Positions 1 through 13,077 of a stretch of DNA of 64,000 nt are shown in pieces. Under the pieces are notes generated by a model. That model did not search any database. It saw only the letters and a program-made list of their open reading frames with translations, and was not told the origin of the DNA. Made by a program: the position numbers and the translations under genes. The stretch comes from Octopus sinensis (taxonomy: Eukaryota): NCBI RefSeq assembly GCF_006345805.1, contig NW_021833751.1, positions 7,702-71,701 of the forward strand, given 5' to 3'. Each line of letters opens with the position of its first letter. Position 1 is the first letter of the stretch.

Positions 1-1105
1 GATTTCCTCATTTGTGTGTTTGTTTTAGACTTATTCGATAATTCTAATAAAATAGACAGAAATTGAATTATTCTGTAACAACAGGTTAGTTTTAACTGTA
101 GTGGAGGAAGAATATTATTAATTATCTGAAAGTCTAGAAATGTTTCTCCCTTTCCTCCTTCTCTCATCGAGACTGGCCCACGGTGGGAGTTATGACGCAA
201 TGTTCATTCGAAACTTTGATTCTTTTAGTTTACCTGTCGAAATGATGGGCACATGAGTCTACCTTGCCAATCAGTTCTTCCCAGTCTGCATTGGGACGAG
301 AGAGGGGGTGGTAAATGATTTAGATAGGTAGGAAGGTGGTTAGGTGGATAGCTGTAGTGTTTTTTGGATAGGTGGGTAGAGGGCAGGCTTGGTTGATATA
401 GGGGTAGATTGGCAAGTAGGTGTGTAAATGTAGAGATGGGCAGGTGGCTGGTTGGCAGGGAAGTTAGAGGAATTGAGAGTTATGAAGAGAGATGTAAGTG
501 GATTATCAGATAGATGGGTGGGTGGGGGAAGAGATGGGTAGCTAAGTAGAAATTTTATTTGATGACCAGATGTATTATTAAATATACCTCGGCCAGGACC
601 ATCACGTCCTTGTATAGATAGGAAAAAGTACTTGCTCTAATATATCCTAATTCAAGACAGCAAGACGTATTTTGATGGGGTTTGACTGCTATTTCTAGCA
701 GGCTGTGTAACAACAACAATAACAATGGTATAATCACACATCACACGGTCCATTAGACAATGACAGGTGTTCGATTCCCTGCAAACTGATTGTCCAAACT
801 ATGTACGACATCAAATTGAACTTTTGCAATTAAGAGAAACTGCTAGAATTACGTTTGTGATGTTCTGCTTGTGTTGTGTCAGCGGAAATGCGTTTGGTGT
901 GTGGAACTAAAGGTGTTCAGCAGTAACAACCCCGTCTGTCATTTGTGACAAATATATAATATAATGACTAAAAGTATTTAAATGATAAAGCAAGAACTGA
1001 ATTATATTAATGCAGAATACCAAATTTGTCTTTCTGGTACAAAATAAACAGCAACAACAACAACAAATAATAATAATGATGATAATAATAATAATAATAA
1101 TAATA

Positions 1106-1144
<39 letters not shown>

Positions 1145-1145
<1 letters not shown>

Positions 1146-1689
1146 TGTACCAGACAGTGGCTCTCATGGCTTTTAATCTTAACTGATTGGAAGTGTTATC
1201 ATGCACATTGTTTTGTCTTCGTATAAAAGATGGCCTACAGCAAATATTCTGCTCAATACCACAAATTTGCTTGTCAGTTGTTTGACCTTAACCAGTTGTG
1301 CATGTCCCTTAGTGGCTGAAGATATGTGCATCTCTGATCACAAGCAGAAGTAGTGGGGGAGCATCATAGCCATGTGTTGAGAGGGATTCTTTGGGGTTTG
1401 AATAATTCACTTCTGGAAACATGGGTGTTTCGTTCAACATCCTTAAACAACCTTTATTCAGGGACCTTTTGAGCGGGATGGGTTACTTGACCAGAAGAAA
1501 ATTCTAACTGGGCCTCACCTGCAAGGTCATGTGCTGTTTATCTTGATATGAGATCACCATGTCGCGTACATATGGTTGTGATGCATGTGCCTGGTGTACC
1601 CTTATCAGACGGGTAGTCATGATGGGTATACTGGGCTTCGTATATTTTACTCCAGTGTCACTTTGATGGCATGAACTGCGCTCTCACTC
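1145..1689 (+). mobile_element. Non-coding ~545-bp dispersed repeat flanked by (AAT)n on both sides (family X, longest copy)
   Basis: Homologous copies at 10778-11204 and 13663-14135. All three have (AAT)n on both sides on the + strand. No ORF and no obvious pol III A/B boxes. Confidence 0.85.
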
Positions 1690-2214
1690 AATAATAATAA
1701 TAATGAACAACGTTATTAGGGACAGCTAGGATACTTAGGAGGGATCTTGACATCTAAGGTTACTTGTAGTCCGATGTTAGAAATTTTTCTTTCCCAATAG
1801 GCTAATATGTTGTGTGTATATGAATAACCACAACAACTATAAGTAGAGTGATTTGTGGATGATAAGTTACGTAGGTAGATGGCTAGGTAGATCGCTGGTT
1901 GACTTGGAAATAAACAGAATGTGTGGATATGGGAGCTAAGTACTATTTTGTACGCGAATGCAGCATCTAACACAAAAAGGAGTGTAAGCCGTAGGAAAAG
2001 TTTGTTGGGGTGTTAGCCAGGTTTATTGATTTGAAATAGCAGTCAGGGATGTTGACTGTTGAAATAATACGAAGAATAGTATTGAAGAGGAAAAGAAAAA
2101 AGAAGGGTATCAGAGCAAGATGATGGACTTTGCAAAACCATTCTCTAATAGATATCAAAGAAAGAAAAATTGAGAAATATCAAGGCGTAACCAAAGAAAT
2201 GAAGAAATCGTGGA

Positions 2215-2373
2215 AGATTAGTGGCTGCGTGGTAAGTAGCTTGCTTATCAACCACATGGTTCCGGGTTCAGTCCCACTGCGTGGCAATTTGGGCAAGTGT
2301 CTTCTACTATAGCCTCGGGCCGACCAAAGCCTTGTGAGTGGATTTGGTAGACGGAAGCTGAAAGAAGCCCGTC

Positions 2374-2459
<86 letters not shown>

Positions 2460-2710
2460 TGTGTGTGTGTGTGTATGTGTGTGTGTGTTTGTGTGTGTGT
2501 GTCTGTGTTTGTCCCCCATCATCGCTTGACAACCGATGCTGGTGTGTTTACGTCCGCGTAACATAACGGTTCGACAAAAGAGTCCAATAGAATAAGTACT
2601 AGGCTTACAAAAATTAAGTCCTGGGGTCGATTTGCTTGACTAAAGGTGATGCTCCAGCATGGCCGCAGTCAAATGACTGAAACAAGTAGAAGAGTAAAAG
2701 AGTAAAGAGT
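2215..2710 (+). mobile_element. tRNA-derived SINE, family B (CORE-like), with internal (TA)n(TG)n microsatellite
   Basis: A box-like gtggctgcgtggtaag and B box-like ggttcagtccc. CORE-like ttgggcaagtgtctt. agagtaaa tail repeats. Other copies at 21440-21768, 56925-57327 and 58490-59030. Confidence 0.8.
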
Positions 2711-3115
2711 ATACAGAGTATGTGGTAATTGTTGCACTTGGCATAACATGACGTCTGCTACTCAAGAAGCTGAAGGATATAGGAATTGCGATACTGCCAA
2801 CTAGGCCAAGTCCACCTTGATCACATCAAATCCTAGATCACTTCTCGTTATTTGTGTGCTGTCATCTGAACAAAATGATTTACAAATACTAGAGATCAGT
2901 GTCCCTTGCAATGTATCAGATTATTGCCCTTATTTCACCCTTGTGTCTACTAAAGTTCACGATTACGAATACAGGTTTCGCGCACAATCTCTGCCCATGC
3001 CTGGCTTCTTGGTTTTAAAACGTGGCAAATGAATTCATGGGATTTGCTCTTCTCTTTCTAGAAGATGCTAGCCCAGAAAACTTCCAAAGCTCCCCTTAAG
3101 TGGTATCTTCAGGGT

Positions 3116-3123
3116 AGAGATAG

Positions 3124-3202
<79 letters not shown>
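3116..3202 (+). repeat. (AGAT)n/(AG)n compound microsatellite
   Basis: Direct reading. Confidence 0.95.
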
Positions 3203-3206
<4 letters not shown>

Positions 3207-4075
3207 CTCCCTTATAAGACTAATGGAAGTCAGTGCTCATTTTCGTATTTTAATATATTTGGCCGAGAAGATATAGTTCTTATGAATACAATTTTTGCCA
3301 CTGGTCCATTGTGGACTGTGCTTTGTTCCGATTAAAAGATTCGACGTGGGTGGTCATGGAGAGTCCTCATTGAGTGAAACAGCCGTCATGTGTGCACTTT
3401 TTCGCTTGGAGACGTCAGTGTATGAGTGTTGATGTTGTTCTTGTTATTGCTGTCGTCTTACGAATTCTCAGAATCACTTAATAATCTAGGTTTTCTTTTT
3501 CTTCTGATAACACAATGTCTTCCTTTTCCAGTCGTGCGTGTATTGTTGCAAAAGTGGTCTGTTTGGAACTCTCTGCTTGGCATTGGCATAATTGTTTGGT
3601 TTAAAAAAGATAAAAACAACTTTTCCCTTTGATAGGAATTGCCTTGCAGATTGGTCACCAATCCCAATGTAGTCGAACTAATCACAGAACAAAATGTTGG
3701 GATAAATTTGAAGTAATTTTTTTTTACGAAAACACATGTAAAAACATTCGTCTTGCGAAAACAGTTAAACAACAAAAACACAAAAAATATTAATCCATTT
3801 TTTTTTTTTTTGTAAAGCAGAAGGAGTTAATATCGAACGAGACAGAAAAAGTTAATATCCAAACAACTTCAAGTCGAAGAAATAAGATGTTTGTAAAATT
3901 TTCTTTTAAATAAAAAATAATAATAATAATCAAACTGATTGTCATTGTATACAAGTTTACACGTGTAAAATATTAACCAATATTTGAACGTTTGGGAAAA
4001 CAGTTTTCTATAAATCAATAAAGAGAGCGAACGAATAGCACGTTCACTCAGGCCAAACACAACAACAACAATAAT

Positions 4076-4435
4076 GGAGGCGCAATGGCCCAGTGGTTAG
4101 GGCAGCGGACTCGCGGTCGGAGGATTGCGGTTTCGATTCCCAGACCTGGCGTTGTGTGTGTTTATTGAGCGAAAACACCTAAAGCTCTACGAGGCTCCGG
4201 CAGGGGGTGGTGGCGACCCCTGTTGTACTCTTTCGCTCCAACTTTCTCTCACTCTTTCTTCCTGTTTCTTGTCCCCGACTTCCTACGCAACCGCTGAGCC
4301 TGGATGCGCATTCATCCATCCGTCGATGCTCTCGGTGTTGGGGGTTGACCTGCTTTCTCGTCTGCGGGTCTTACGAATAGCAAAGGACCACGTTTCGGAC
4401 TTCTCCCAAGAGGACGAAGACCGTTCGCTCAACAG
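4076..4435 (+). mobile_element. tRNA-derived SINE, family C, flanked by CAA-type repeats
   Basis: A box tggcccagtggttagg and B box-like ggtttcgattccc. Second copy at 44833-45200. Confidence 0.8.
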
Positions 4436-4900
4436 CAACAGCCACAACAATAATGGTTTCAACTTTTAGTACAAGGCCAGCTATTTAAAGGAGGGGGAGT
4501 TACACGATTACATCGGCTCCAGTATGTGACTGGTGCTATATTTCTTCGACTCCGATTGAACATAAAGCAAAGTTGATCTCGGTTTTCTTCCGTTAAGGGT
4601 CGACCAACTTCGACCCTTAAAAATTTCTGGTCTTGACACTAAAATAGAAACCTATAATAATGATTTTAATAGTTTTAAATTTTGGCACAAGGCCAGCAAT
4701 TTTTACGAAGAGAGCTTCAACTGCTACTTATTTTATTGATCCCGAAAGAATGAACGGCTAAGTCGACCTTGGCTGAATTTGAAATCAAAACGTAAAGACT
4801 GAAGCATTTCGTCCTGCGTGCTAACGATTCTGCCAGCTCGCCACCTTAAATGTAATAATAATAATAATAATAATAATAATAGTAATAATAATAATAATAA

Positions 4901-5105
4901 TTCTTTCTACTATAGGCACAAGGCCTGAAATTTTGGGGCCGGGACTAGTCAATTACATCGATCCCAGTGTCTCAATGGTACTTAATTTATGAAACAATGA
5001 AAGGCAAAGTCGACCTCAGCGGAATTTGAACTCAGAATGTAAAGACAGACGAAATGCTGCCAAGCATTTTGCCCGGCGTGCAAAAGATTCTGCCAGGTCA
5101 CCATC

Positions 5106-5107
<2 letters not shown>
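4901..5107 (-). mobile_element. tRNA-derived SINE, family A (variant tail), between (AAT)n tracts
   Basis: Matches the family A body aaaggcaaagtcgacctcggcggaatttgaactcag, which is the reverse complement of the B box and central domain. Confidence 0.8.
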
Positions 5108-5153
<46 letters not shown>

Positions 5154-5166
5154 TAATAATAATAAT

Positions 5167-8100
5167 GATAAGACACCGGGGACGTTTAAGATGTAAGAAG
5201 GAAAATACAGAGCTCCGAAATCTATCCACTAACATCGAAAACAAGGACACCCTATGGAGCCAAAGATTTACTAACAAAGAATTGGACTATATCCGAGTAA
5301 GTAATACTAACTGAAATTTATTACTATTTTCGAAACGAAATGATGTATTTTGACTCGATATTATCTCCACCTCTAACACAACACATGTAAACATGCGTGG
5401 AACAATACGATCATCCCCGACCTCAAACACCAGGTACAAAGGAACTACGTAGAAATTAAATGCCACCGATACTATTCAACCCAAGAATAACAATCGAGCG
5501 GTACGTACATTAAACCTACAACAAAAAATGTACGAAAAACTACACGTGCGAAATAATGTGACAACAGAAATAAACGGACCGGTACCCTACGAAAACGACG
5601 ACCGTCAAAATAATGGGCCGGACGTTGTACCTCATGTCCCGCAATTAAAACACAAAAGACGTAAATGGACACGGGAGGAATACATTTCTATCTTACACGC
5701 ATACTTCACAGCAATGCTCTACCCACAAAATGAAAATACAACAACACATACATATAAAATATGGAAGGAAAATAATAGAGATATAGACTTGGATACAGCA
5801 ATGAACCCTAATAAATTAGCTAACGTACGAAGATACATTCTCAAAGCCAAAAAAATATCAGAAATAGAAATAGAACATTTAAAAGAAAAAATACACCAGG
5901 AAAATGTAGATAGAAGCCACACAACAATGCCCAATAATATAAACACTGAAACTGTAAAACACGAAGACAAACGCAACATTCCCAACAAACACGATGTAAA
6001 CAACGAAGGGGAGCCTAATGATTATGATAATATAAAAAATAAAATAATCAAAGAACTGAAAATCACAGAGCCCAAAATGGACCACCGACCATACCTCCCA
6101 AGAATAAAAATAAACGCAATAACAACACCAATTATAAACACATAAACCTAGCCGTCACTGAACTAGCCACTGAAACAAAAAAAGTGATATCACTGAACTA
6201 AATGACCTGATATACGCAGCAGCCACTGCAGCCACAAAAGAAGCTGGATACTCACCCAAACCCGCCCAAACAGGAGTACCACCACCCAAACAAACCCTGT
6301 GGATAAATAACATCCAAAACAAATAAAAAAAATTAGAAAAGACCTGTCGATTCTTAATGAAATCAGCAAACAAGCAACGCTACTAAGCAACAAAAAGAAC
6401 AAAAATGCTCCGCAAATATAACATCACAGAAAAAGATTTGCCGGAGATAAAAGAAAAGCTGAAGCAAGATATCCTTGCCAAAGCTCAAAGGATCCGCCGG
6501 TACGAGAAACGCCAACGCTTCTTTGAACAGAACAAAAAGTTCAACTCCGACCCCAAAAAGTTCTACCAAGAACTGGGCAAAAATAAAATAGAAGTCACTG
6601 CAGCACCAACGGCAGAAGAATTGGAAGAATTCTGGAGAGAAATATGGTCGGCGAACAAACAGCCAAAAAAAAGGAGTATGAAAATAACAAACTCGGCATC
6701 TGAACAATTTTGGACCCCCATAACAACTGAAGAGGTCACCCAGGCACTGCAAAAACTAAGCAACTGGAAGGCACCTGGGCATGACAAGATCCCCAACTTC
6801 TGGTTGAAATACCTAACAGGAATGCACAAAAAGCTGGCTGAAAATTTTAACAGCATACTAGCAGAGCCAGAGACAATGCCTGAATGGCTCACGAAGGGGA
6901 AAACCATCTTAATTCCCAAATCAAATGAAACAACAAAACCAGAAAACTACAGACCAATAACCTGCCTCCCTACTATGTTCAAGGCATTTACTGCAGTGAT
7001 ATCGCAAAGGCTGAACAAGCACCTGGACGAAAACAAACTGATCCCAGAAGAGCAGAAAGGATGCCGCAAGGCTCATATGGCTGTAAAGATCAACTAATGA
7101 TTAATAAAGCCGTAACTGAAGACAGCCACAGAAAGAAGAAAGGCCTCAGTATGGCCTGGATTGACTACAAAAGGCGTTTGATAGCATCCCCCACACATGG
7201 ATCCTCGAAACACTAGCCATTAACAAAGTAGCACCAACAATCATAAAATTCATAGAGCACTCTATGAATAAATGGCAAACAGTCCTACACCTCCAAACAA
7301 AAGAGGGACTCATGAAAACCAAAGACATCCCCATTAGAAGAGGAATATTCCAGGGAGACACGCTCTCTCCACTCCTTTTCTGCTTGGCACTGTCACCTCT
7401 ATCTGATATGCTAAATAGAACTGGATGCGGATATAAATGTTACGGCAAAACGATCAGCCACCTTTTATATATGGATGACCTAAAACTATACGCTGCAAAT
7501 GACAAACAGCTGGAAACACTATTAAAGACAGTTCATGGATTTACCAAAGAAATAGATATGAAATTTGGATTAGAAAAATGCGCCAAAGTAACCATGAAAA
7601 GAGGAAAACTAGTTAAGAGTAACAACATCACACTAGATAAAACCAATGAAATAAAAGAATTAGACCAAAGCCAAACTTACAATACTTAGGAATCCATGAA
7701 CTAGATAAGACACAACACACACAAATGAAAGAGAAAATAAAAAAAGAATATTATAGACGAGTTAGATCAATACTAAAAACAGAGCTCAATGCTAAAAACA
7801 AGATAATAGGTATCAACACTTTAGCTGTCCCAGTTATAAGTTACAGCTACAATATCCTTAACTGGACACGAAATGAACTGTCCAAAATAGATAGGAAAAC
7901 AAGAAAAATACTGACAGGATCTAGGATGCATCACCCAAAATCTGACATAGAAAGACTATATATACAACGTATAGAAGGTGGTAGAGGCCTTATACAGCTG
8001 GAAAACTACTATAAAATAACCACCATAGGACTGCAAAAATACCTACTTCAGAAGGAAGGAAAACTGATCCAGATAGCAGCAAAACACGAGCAAAACAAAA

Positions 8101-9122
8101 AACTGTTCTCAGTATTTAAGGAAGCTGACAAATACAAACAAGAAATCATACCACCTAATAAACACAAAGAAGAAGAAGAAGATGATGAAGAAACAACAAA
8201 AGCTATAAAACAAATGAAATCCAAACTAAAAATTGAACAGCAACGAGCCATGATAAAACGATGGCAAGAAAAGCCCCTTCATGGTAAATACTGCACTAAA
8301 CTAAACGCAAAAGAAATAGACAAAGAAAAATCCCAGCAATGGTTGAGAAGCTCAGGACTCAAAGCAGAAACAGAGGGATTTTTAATTGCAGCACAAGACC
8401 AAAGCCTCCCCACCAGAAATTACCAAAAACATGTAATGAAAAGAAATATTACAAGTAACTGCAGAATATGTGGAGATGGACAAGAAACAATAAATCATAT
8501 TATCTCTAGCTGCCCAGTCCTGGCTAAGAAGCAATATATTCACAGACATGACAGAGTTGGAACCTACATACATTGGAAGCTATGCCAACATTATGGAATA
8601 ACAACAGAAAAAAGATGGTATAGGCACACACCAGAAAAGGTCACAGAAAACGAGAAAGCAACCATACTCTGGGATATGGCGATACACACAGATAGAGAAA
8701 TTAAGGCCAACAGACCAGATATAGTTGTCAGAGATCATGAAGAAAAAAATGCTTTCTAATTGATGTATCAATACCGGCAGATGACAACGTGTCTCTAAAA
8801 GAAATGGAGAAACTCTCAAAATACAAAGACCTGGAAATAGAGATAACTAGAATGTGGAACCTGAAAACAGAAACAATTCCTATCATAGTAGGTGCATTAG
8901 GCATGATAAAAAAATATTCAGACAAATACATAACAAAAACACCAGGACTTACAAACACATATAACATACAGAAAATTGCACTACTAGGCACTGCACACAT
9001 CCTACGCAGAACACTTTCCATACAATAACCATCAGAGCATCACAACAAATCACAGCACATACCCAAGGCACACAGAGCTGCGCTCGGTAGTGAACTGAAA
9101 GCACGCTATAAAAATAAAACTA

Positions 9123-9125
<3 letters not shown>
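5167..9125 (+). mobile_element. Near full-length R4-clade (Dong-like) non-LTR retrotransposon inserted in (AAT)n
   Basis: N-terminal KRRKWTREE motif, RT motifs RGIFQGDTLSPLLF and HLLYMDDLKLY, CCHC knuckle CRICGDGQETINHIISSC, RHD, and REL endonuclease NRPDIVV...(L)IDVSIP...KYKDL. (AAT)n abuts both ends, consistent with the known TAA-repeat target of Dong. Confidence 0.95.
5528..9028 (+). pseudogene. Single RT-REL ORF of the Dong-like element, broken by about eight small frameshifts
   Basis: ORF pieces 5528-6145, 6405-7097, 7264-7689, 7725-8759 and 8789-9028 join into one collinear protein when A-run indels are corrected. Confidence 0.85.
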
Positions 9126-9195
<70 letters not shown>

Positions 9196-9197
<2 letters not shown>

Positions 9198-9885
9198 AAT
9201 GCAACAAATGAAACCGTGGATTATGTCTCTATGTGCAGTCTTCTTGCGTCTACAGAGCATCTCAACAGGCATGATAGAGCCGCACAATATTATTCGCTGG
9301 GTAATTTGCAAAAATTTGGACCTGCCCCATGATAAAAACTAGTGGGAACATCAACCACCCCCAGTGCTTGAAAATGAATCACATTTCATTCTTCTGGATC
9401 TTCAACCTTCAGACTGACAGAAAGATAGATGCGAATAAGCCAGACATTATATTGAAAGACTTCAAACAAAAATCATTCCTCCTCATTGATCTGACTGTCC
9501 CAATCGACATAAATGTATATGTGTCAAGACCAACCAAAAACTGAGCAAGTACGAAGATCTTGAAATAGAAATTGGCAAAATATGGAACCCCAAGACTAAA
9601 ACAATTCCTGTTGTCGTAGATGCCTTAAGAATGATAGCAAAAGGGGTTGATTCCTACCTAGCTCAGATACCAGGGAACCCTAAAATGGCAGAAATTCAAA
9701 AGATAGTGCTCATGGGAACTGCCCATATCCTACGTATTTTAAACAAAGTTATAATTTTCTTGTTTGCTTAAACGTTCTCTAGAACAATACTTTGTGCAAA
9801 ACCAAATATATGACACCCTAGGCATAACACCAACATGAACTTCTAACTTGTTGTCTCTGGAGGTCTGAGCAAAAGTCAAACATAT
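9196..9885 (+). mobile_element. 5'-truncated, decayed 3' fragment of a second R4-like family (REL domain plus 3' UTR)
   Basis: Translates in pieces to RHDRAAQ, TDRKIDANKPDIILKDFKQKSFLLIDLTVP, KYEDLEIEI and LMGTAHILR. It starts after (AAT)n. Its 3' UTR recurs at 11271-11440, also in AAT repeats. Confidence 0.85.
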
Positions 9886-10149
9886 AACAACAACGATGAT
9901 ATTTTAAAAGGATTGACGTAACTCTTCACAAAGGTAAATCGATAATACGAAGAGTGTGATGTGATTGCAATAAATATTTTATTGGCTGAACGATATTTCG
10001 ATAGCTAGCCTATCTCTATCGAGTTCAAAATGAAATGTGATACATAGTAATTAAAAATCATAGAAATTCAAATCCAAACTTTGAACGAGGGCAACCAGCG
10101 TCCCCACGTTGATGGAATGTCTTCAATTTTCAAGTTTACAGCTGGCAAA

Positions 10150-10740
10150 AAGAAAGAAAAAAGAGAAAAGTAAAGAAAAAAGAAAGGGAAAATATTTAAA
10201 CAGCTTTCTGTAAATATGATTAAATTCTCCTGTCATTTTATTTATCCTTCCTGGGCCTGATGTTAACAACTCGCAAACATATTTCTTCTCATGCATTTTG
10301 AGGATTGAAAGTGAACCAGACTCAGAATATTTTCTGAGAATATGCACTTTCAAGTCTTTTTCAAAATTGCAGTCGTTTGATGAAAATGTTCGGCAAGTTC
10401 TGTCGAACAACTGTTATTGCGCCTGACATCATATTTGTGCCCATTGAATCTTGTGTTTAATTGTTGTTCTGTTGTACAACCAACATTAAATCAAGTCGTG
10501 TTTGGTGCATTCTGCGACGTACACCAAGTGGGAATCGCTACACGTCCCACCTTCAGTGTAAATCATAACATTTCTTTTATAATTCCTGATGGAATTCACT
10601 TGACACATGGTACAGCGTGCAGAAACTTCAATGTTGTTTTCTGGGAGTCAGAGGTAGAGTTTAATTGCTCTCTTGTATTTTTATTCCGTCTAAAGGCTAC
10701 AATAGGCGGCTGAGGAAATATTTGCTTGAAACGAGGATAT
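10150..10740 (-). mobile_element. Penelope-like element remnant (linker plus GIY-YIG endonuclease)
   Basis: Minus-strand pieces FPQPPIVAFRRNKN, TCSDSHLVYVAECTKH, TRFNGHKYDVRR..STELAEHF and CELLTSGPGRIN. Confidence 0.8.
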
Positions 10741-10777
10741 TTTTCCGCAAAATAATAATAATAATAATAATAATAAT

Positions 10778-11204
10778 GGGGGGAGTATCATAGCCATGTG
10801 TTGAGAGGAACTGGGGGGAGTATCATAGCCATGTGTTGAGAGGAACTGGGGGAGTATCATAGCCATGTGTTGAGAAGAACTGGGAGGAGTATCATAGCCA
10901 TGTGTTGAGAGGAATTCTTTGGGGTTTGAATAATTCACCTCTGGAAACAGGGGTGTTTCGTTCAACGTCCTTAAACCACCCTTATTCAGGGACCTTTTGA
11001 GCAGGATGGGCTACTTGACTCGAAGAAAATTCTCACTGGACTCCACCTGCAAGGTCATGTGCTGTTTATTTTGATATGAGATCACCATGTCGTGCACATA
11101 TGGTTGTCATGCATGTGCCCGATGTGCCCTTATCAGATGGGTATACTGGGCTTCGTATATTTTACCCCAGTTTCACTTTGATGGCATGCACTGCTCTCTC
11201 ACTC
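10778..11204 (+). mobile_element. 5'-truncated copy of family X with four tandem ~34-bp units at its 5' end
   Basis: Aligns to the 3' half of 1145-1689. The unit gggggagtatcatagccatgtgttgagaggaact occurs four times at 10778-10914. (AAT)n on both sides. Confidence 0.85.
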
Positions 11205-11270
<66 letters not shown>

Positions 11271-12220
11271 TTTAAAACAAATTTCTAATTTAATTATGAT
11301 TTGACAGACATTCTCTAGAACAGTACTCTGTGCAAAACCAAATATATGGAACCATACTTGAACTTCTAACTTCTGTTTTGAGGTCTCTGGGTGAGAACTG
11401 GAGTAAACGCGTACAAATACAAAGCAAAGGTCAAACATATAATAATTGTAATAATGATAATTTCTTTATTGGCTACTAGAGACCCAAATATCTGGGACAA
11501 TATGAAAGACAAGGAGTTACAGAGTAGACGAGCATTACAGTTAGTAAAGAGAAAAATGAAAAAATACTCTCCCACCGAAAATGAGATGAGAAAATGACGA
11601 GGGAAAGCTTCTCAGAGGAATGCGTGTGTATGTGTGTGTGCGTGTGTAATATACCTAGGGATATATCTCCCCCAACACTCAGATTTAAGATTATCTTGGG
11701 TACTAAGCTCGAAAACACTTCACAAGGCAAAAGTGACAAATAACTACGTTTACACATTGCTTTAGTCTCCCTGGTGGTCACCATTATATTTCTCTGTCTC
11801 GGATCCCGGGGCGCAGGAATATGGGCTACGTTGTACTTTGGCTCAGCTGATGGTCACGTGGTGGTCGAGTACAAGTGTTATTTAATGAAGTACAGGAAAC
11901 ACTACTTTAAGCCTTACACCTTTCAATCGACAGAATTTCCCCCGATATTTCTTGGAATTCTTTCATTTGCCGTTTTGACGGTAGGTAGAAAACTTTATCA
12001 TCCTTCTTAAAAAAAACAAACAAAAAAAAAAAAAAAAAAAAGAAACAAGACGTTATTTTTCTCTTCAGATCCTCGACCAAAGTGATTTTGTCTCATTTAT
12101 CAAGATTTGCCCTCGGGTTATGTTTTTTTCTGGGAACTTTATCAAATCTAAGAACTTCACCTCTGTAACAACAGATACAAAACGAGCTGTTTTAACATGG
12201 TTACTATGTCTAAGAACTAA

Positions 12221-12595
12221 TCTTTATATATAAAAGAGAGGTTGTGTGCTGTCTGTCTTCTACGATTTAGATTCCTAACTACTCCCACATTTTGCGGTGC
12301 AGTTTAACCAAAACCGGGTATCTTATAGTCATGATTCATATCGAGCCCTTCTGGGTATTAGCGCGCGTCTACGATGAGTCTACGATTAAAAAAAAAATTA
12401 CCATCATTTTTTTGCTATTATATAAGGGAAGTAACTCTCTAAAAATGTATTATTAAATCTCAGAACGTAAAAAGCTACAGTAACACCCCCTTTGTGGTTA
12501 GCCATATTGAGATGGCTATTATACTTTACATCTCTAAAAATGCTTATATAGTTATTTCCCTTACAAACCCGAGCAACGCCGGGCGATACTGCTAG
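12221..12595 (+). mobile_element. Non-autonomous Helitron
   Basis: 5' TC(TTTATATATAAAA), subterminal hairpin cccgagcaacgccggg, 3' CTAG, inserted between A and T. Confidence 0.8.
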
Positions 12596-13077
12596 TGGAT
12601 AATAAAGAAATTATATCTTCTCGTCAAAATGCTACTTCGTTCTAGTCGCATGTCTTTTTTCTTAGTGTCAATGTATATGTAAGTATCATCTAGTATATTA
12701 TATATCTATGTTAAAGACGTATCTCTAATATAGTTGTATGTATATTTTATTCTATCGCCATTACCATCATTCATAAATGAAACAGCTTAAAATATATCTT
12801 TCTAATAAATGTATATTTAAATGATAATATTTTCCCCCTTTGTGTTGTAAGTGTCAAATCTGTAGTTCAGTTTGTTTATGTATTATTTTGTTGTTGTTGT
12901 TGTATATCTTCGCTATTGTGCTTTGCGCGAGTTCTATAGCTGATGTCTGCAGACATTTTTATACGAAAACATCGCCAAAATGCCGAAGTAAATACAAAAT
13001 GGAAGTTGCTAAGATAAACCTGTTTTTCTTTTATCTTCTCTGGGTATCGGTGGCAGACAACCACAGCTAACTAATAC

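Noticed and set aside
172-215. Hairpin plus TTCGAAAC near the window start
   Set aside because: There is no recognisable CUGANGA core or palindromic stem III.
4076-4145. tRNA-like sequences
   Set aside because: They have A/B boxes but no acceptor-stem closure and continue into SINE bodies, so they are SINE heads rather than tRNA genes.
5167-5330. HDV-like ribozyme at the Dong 5' end
   Set aside because: A gctcc/ggagc pairing exists, but I could not place P3/L3/P1.1. It is not callable by eye.
9985-10027. Minus-strand gatag/ctatc-GAAA motif downstream of the PLE remnant
   Set aside because: The position is suggestive, but the core needs two deletions and stem I is absent, so it is too decayed to call.
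10778-10914. CRISPR-like ~34-bp repeats
   Set aside because: The units are head-to-tail without spacers, in a eukaryotic retroposon.
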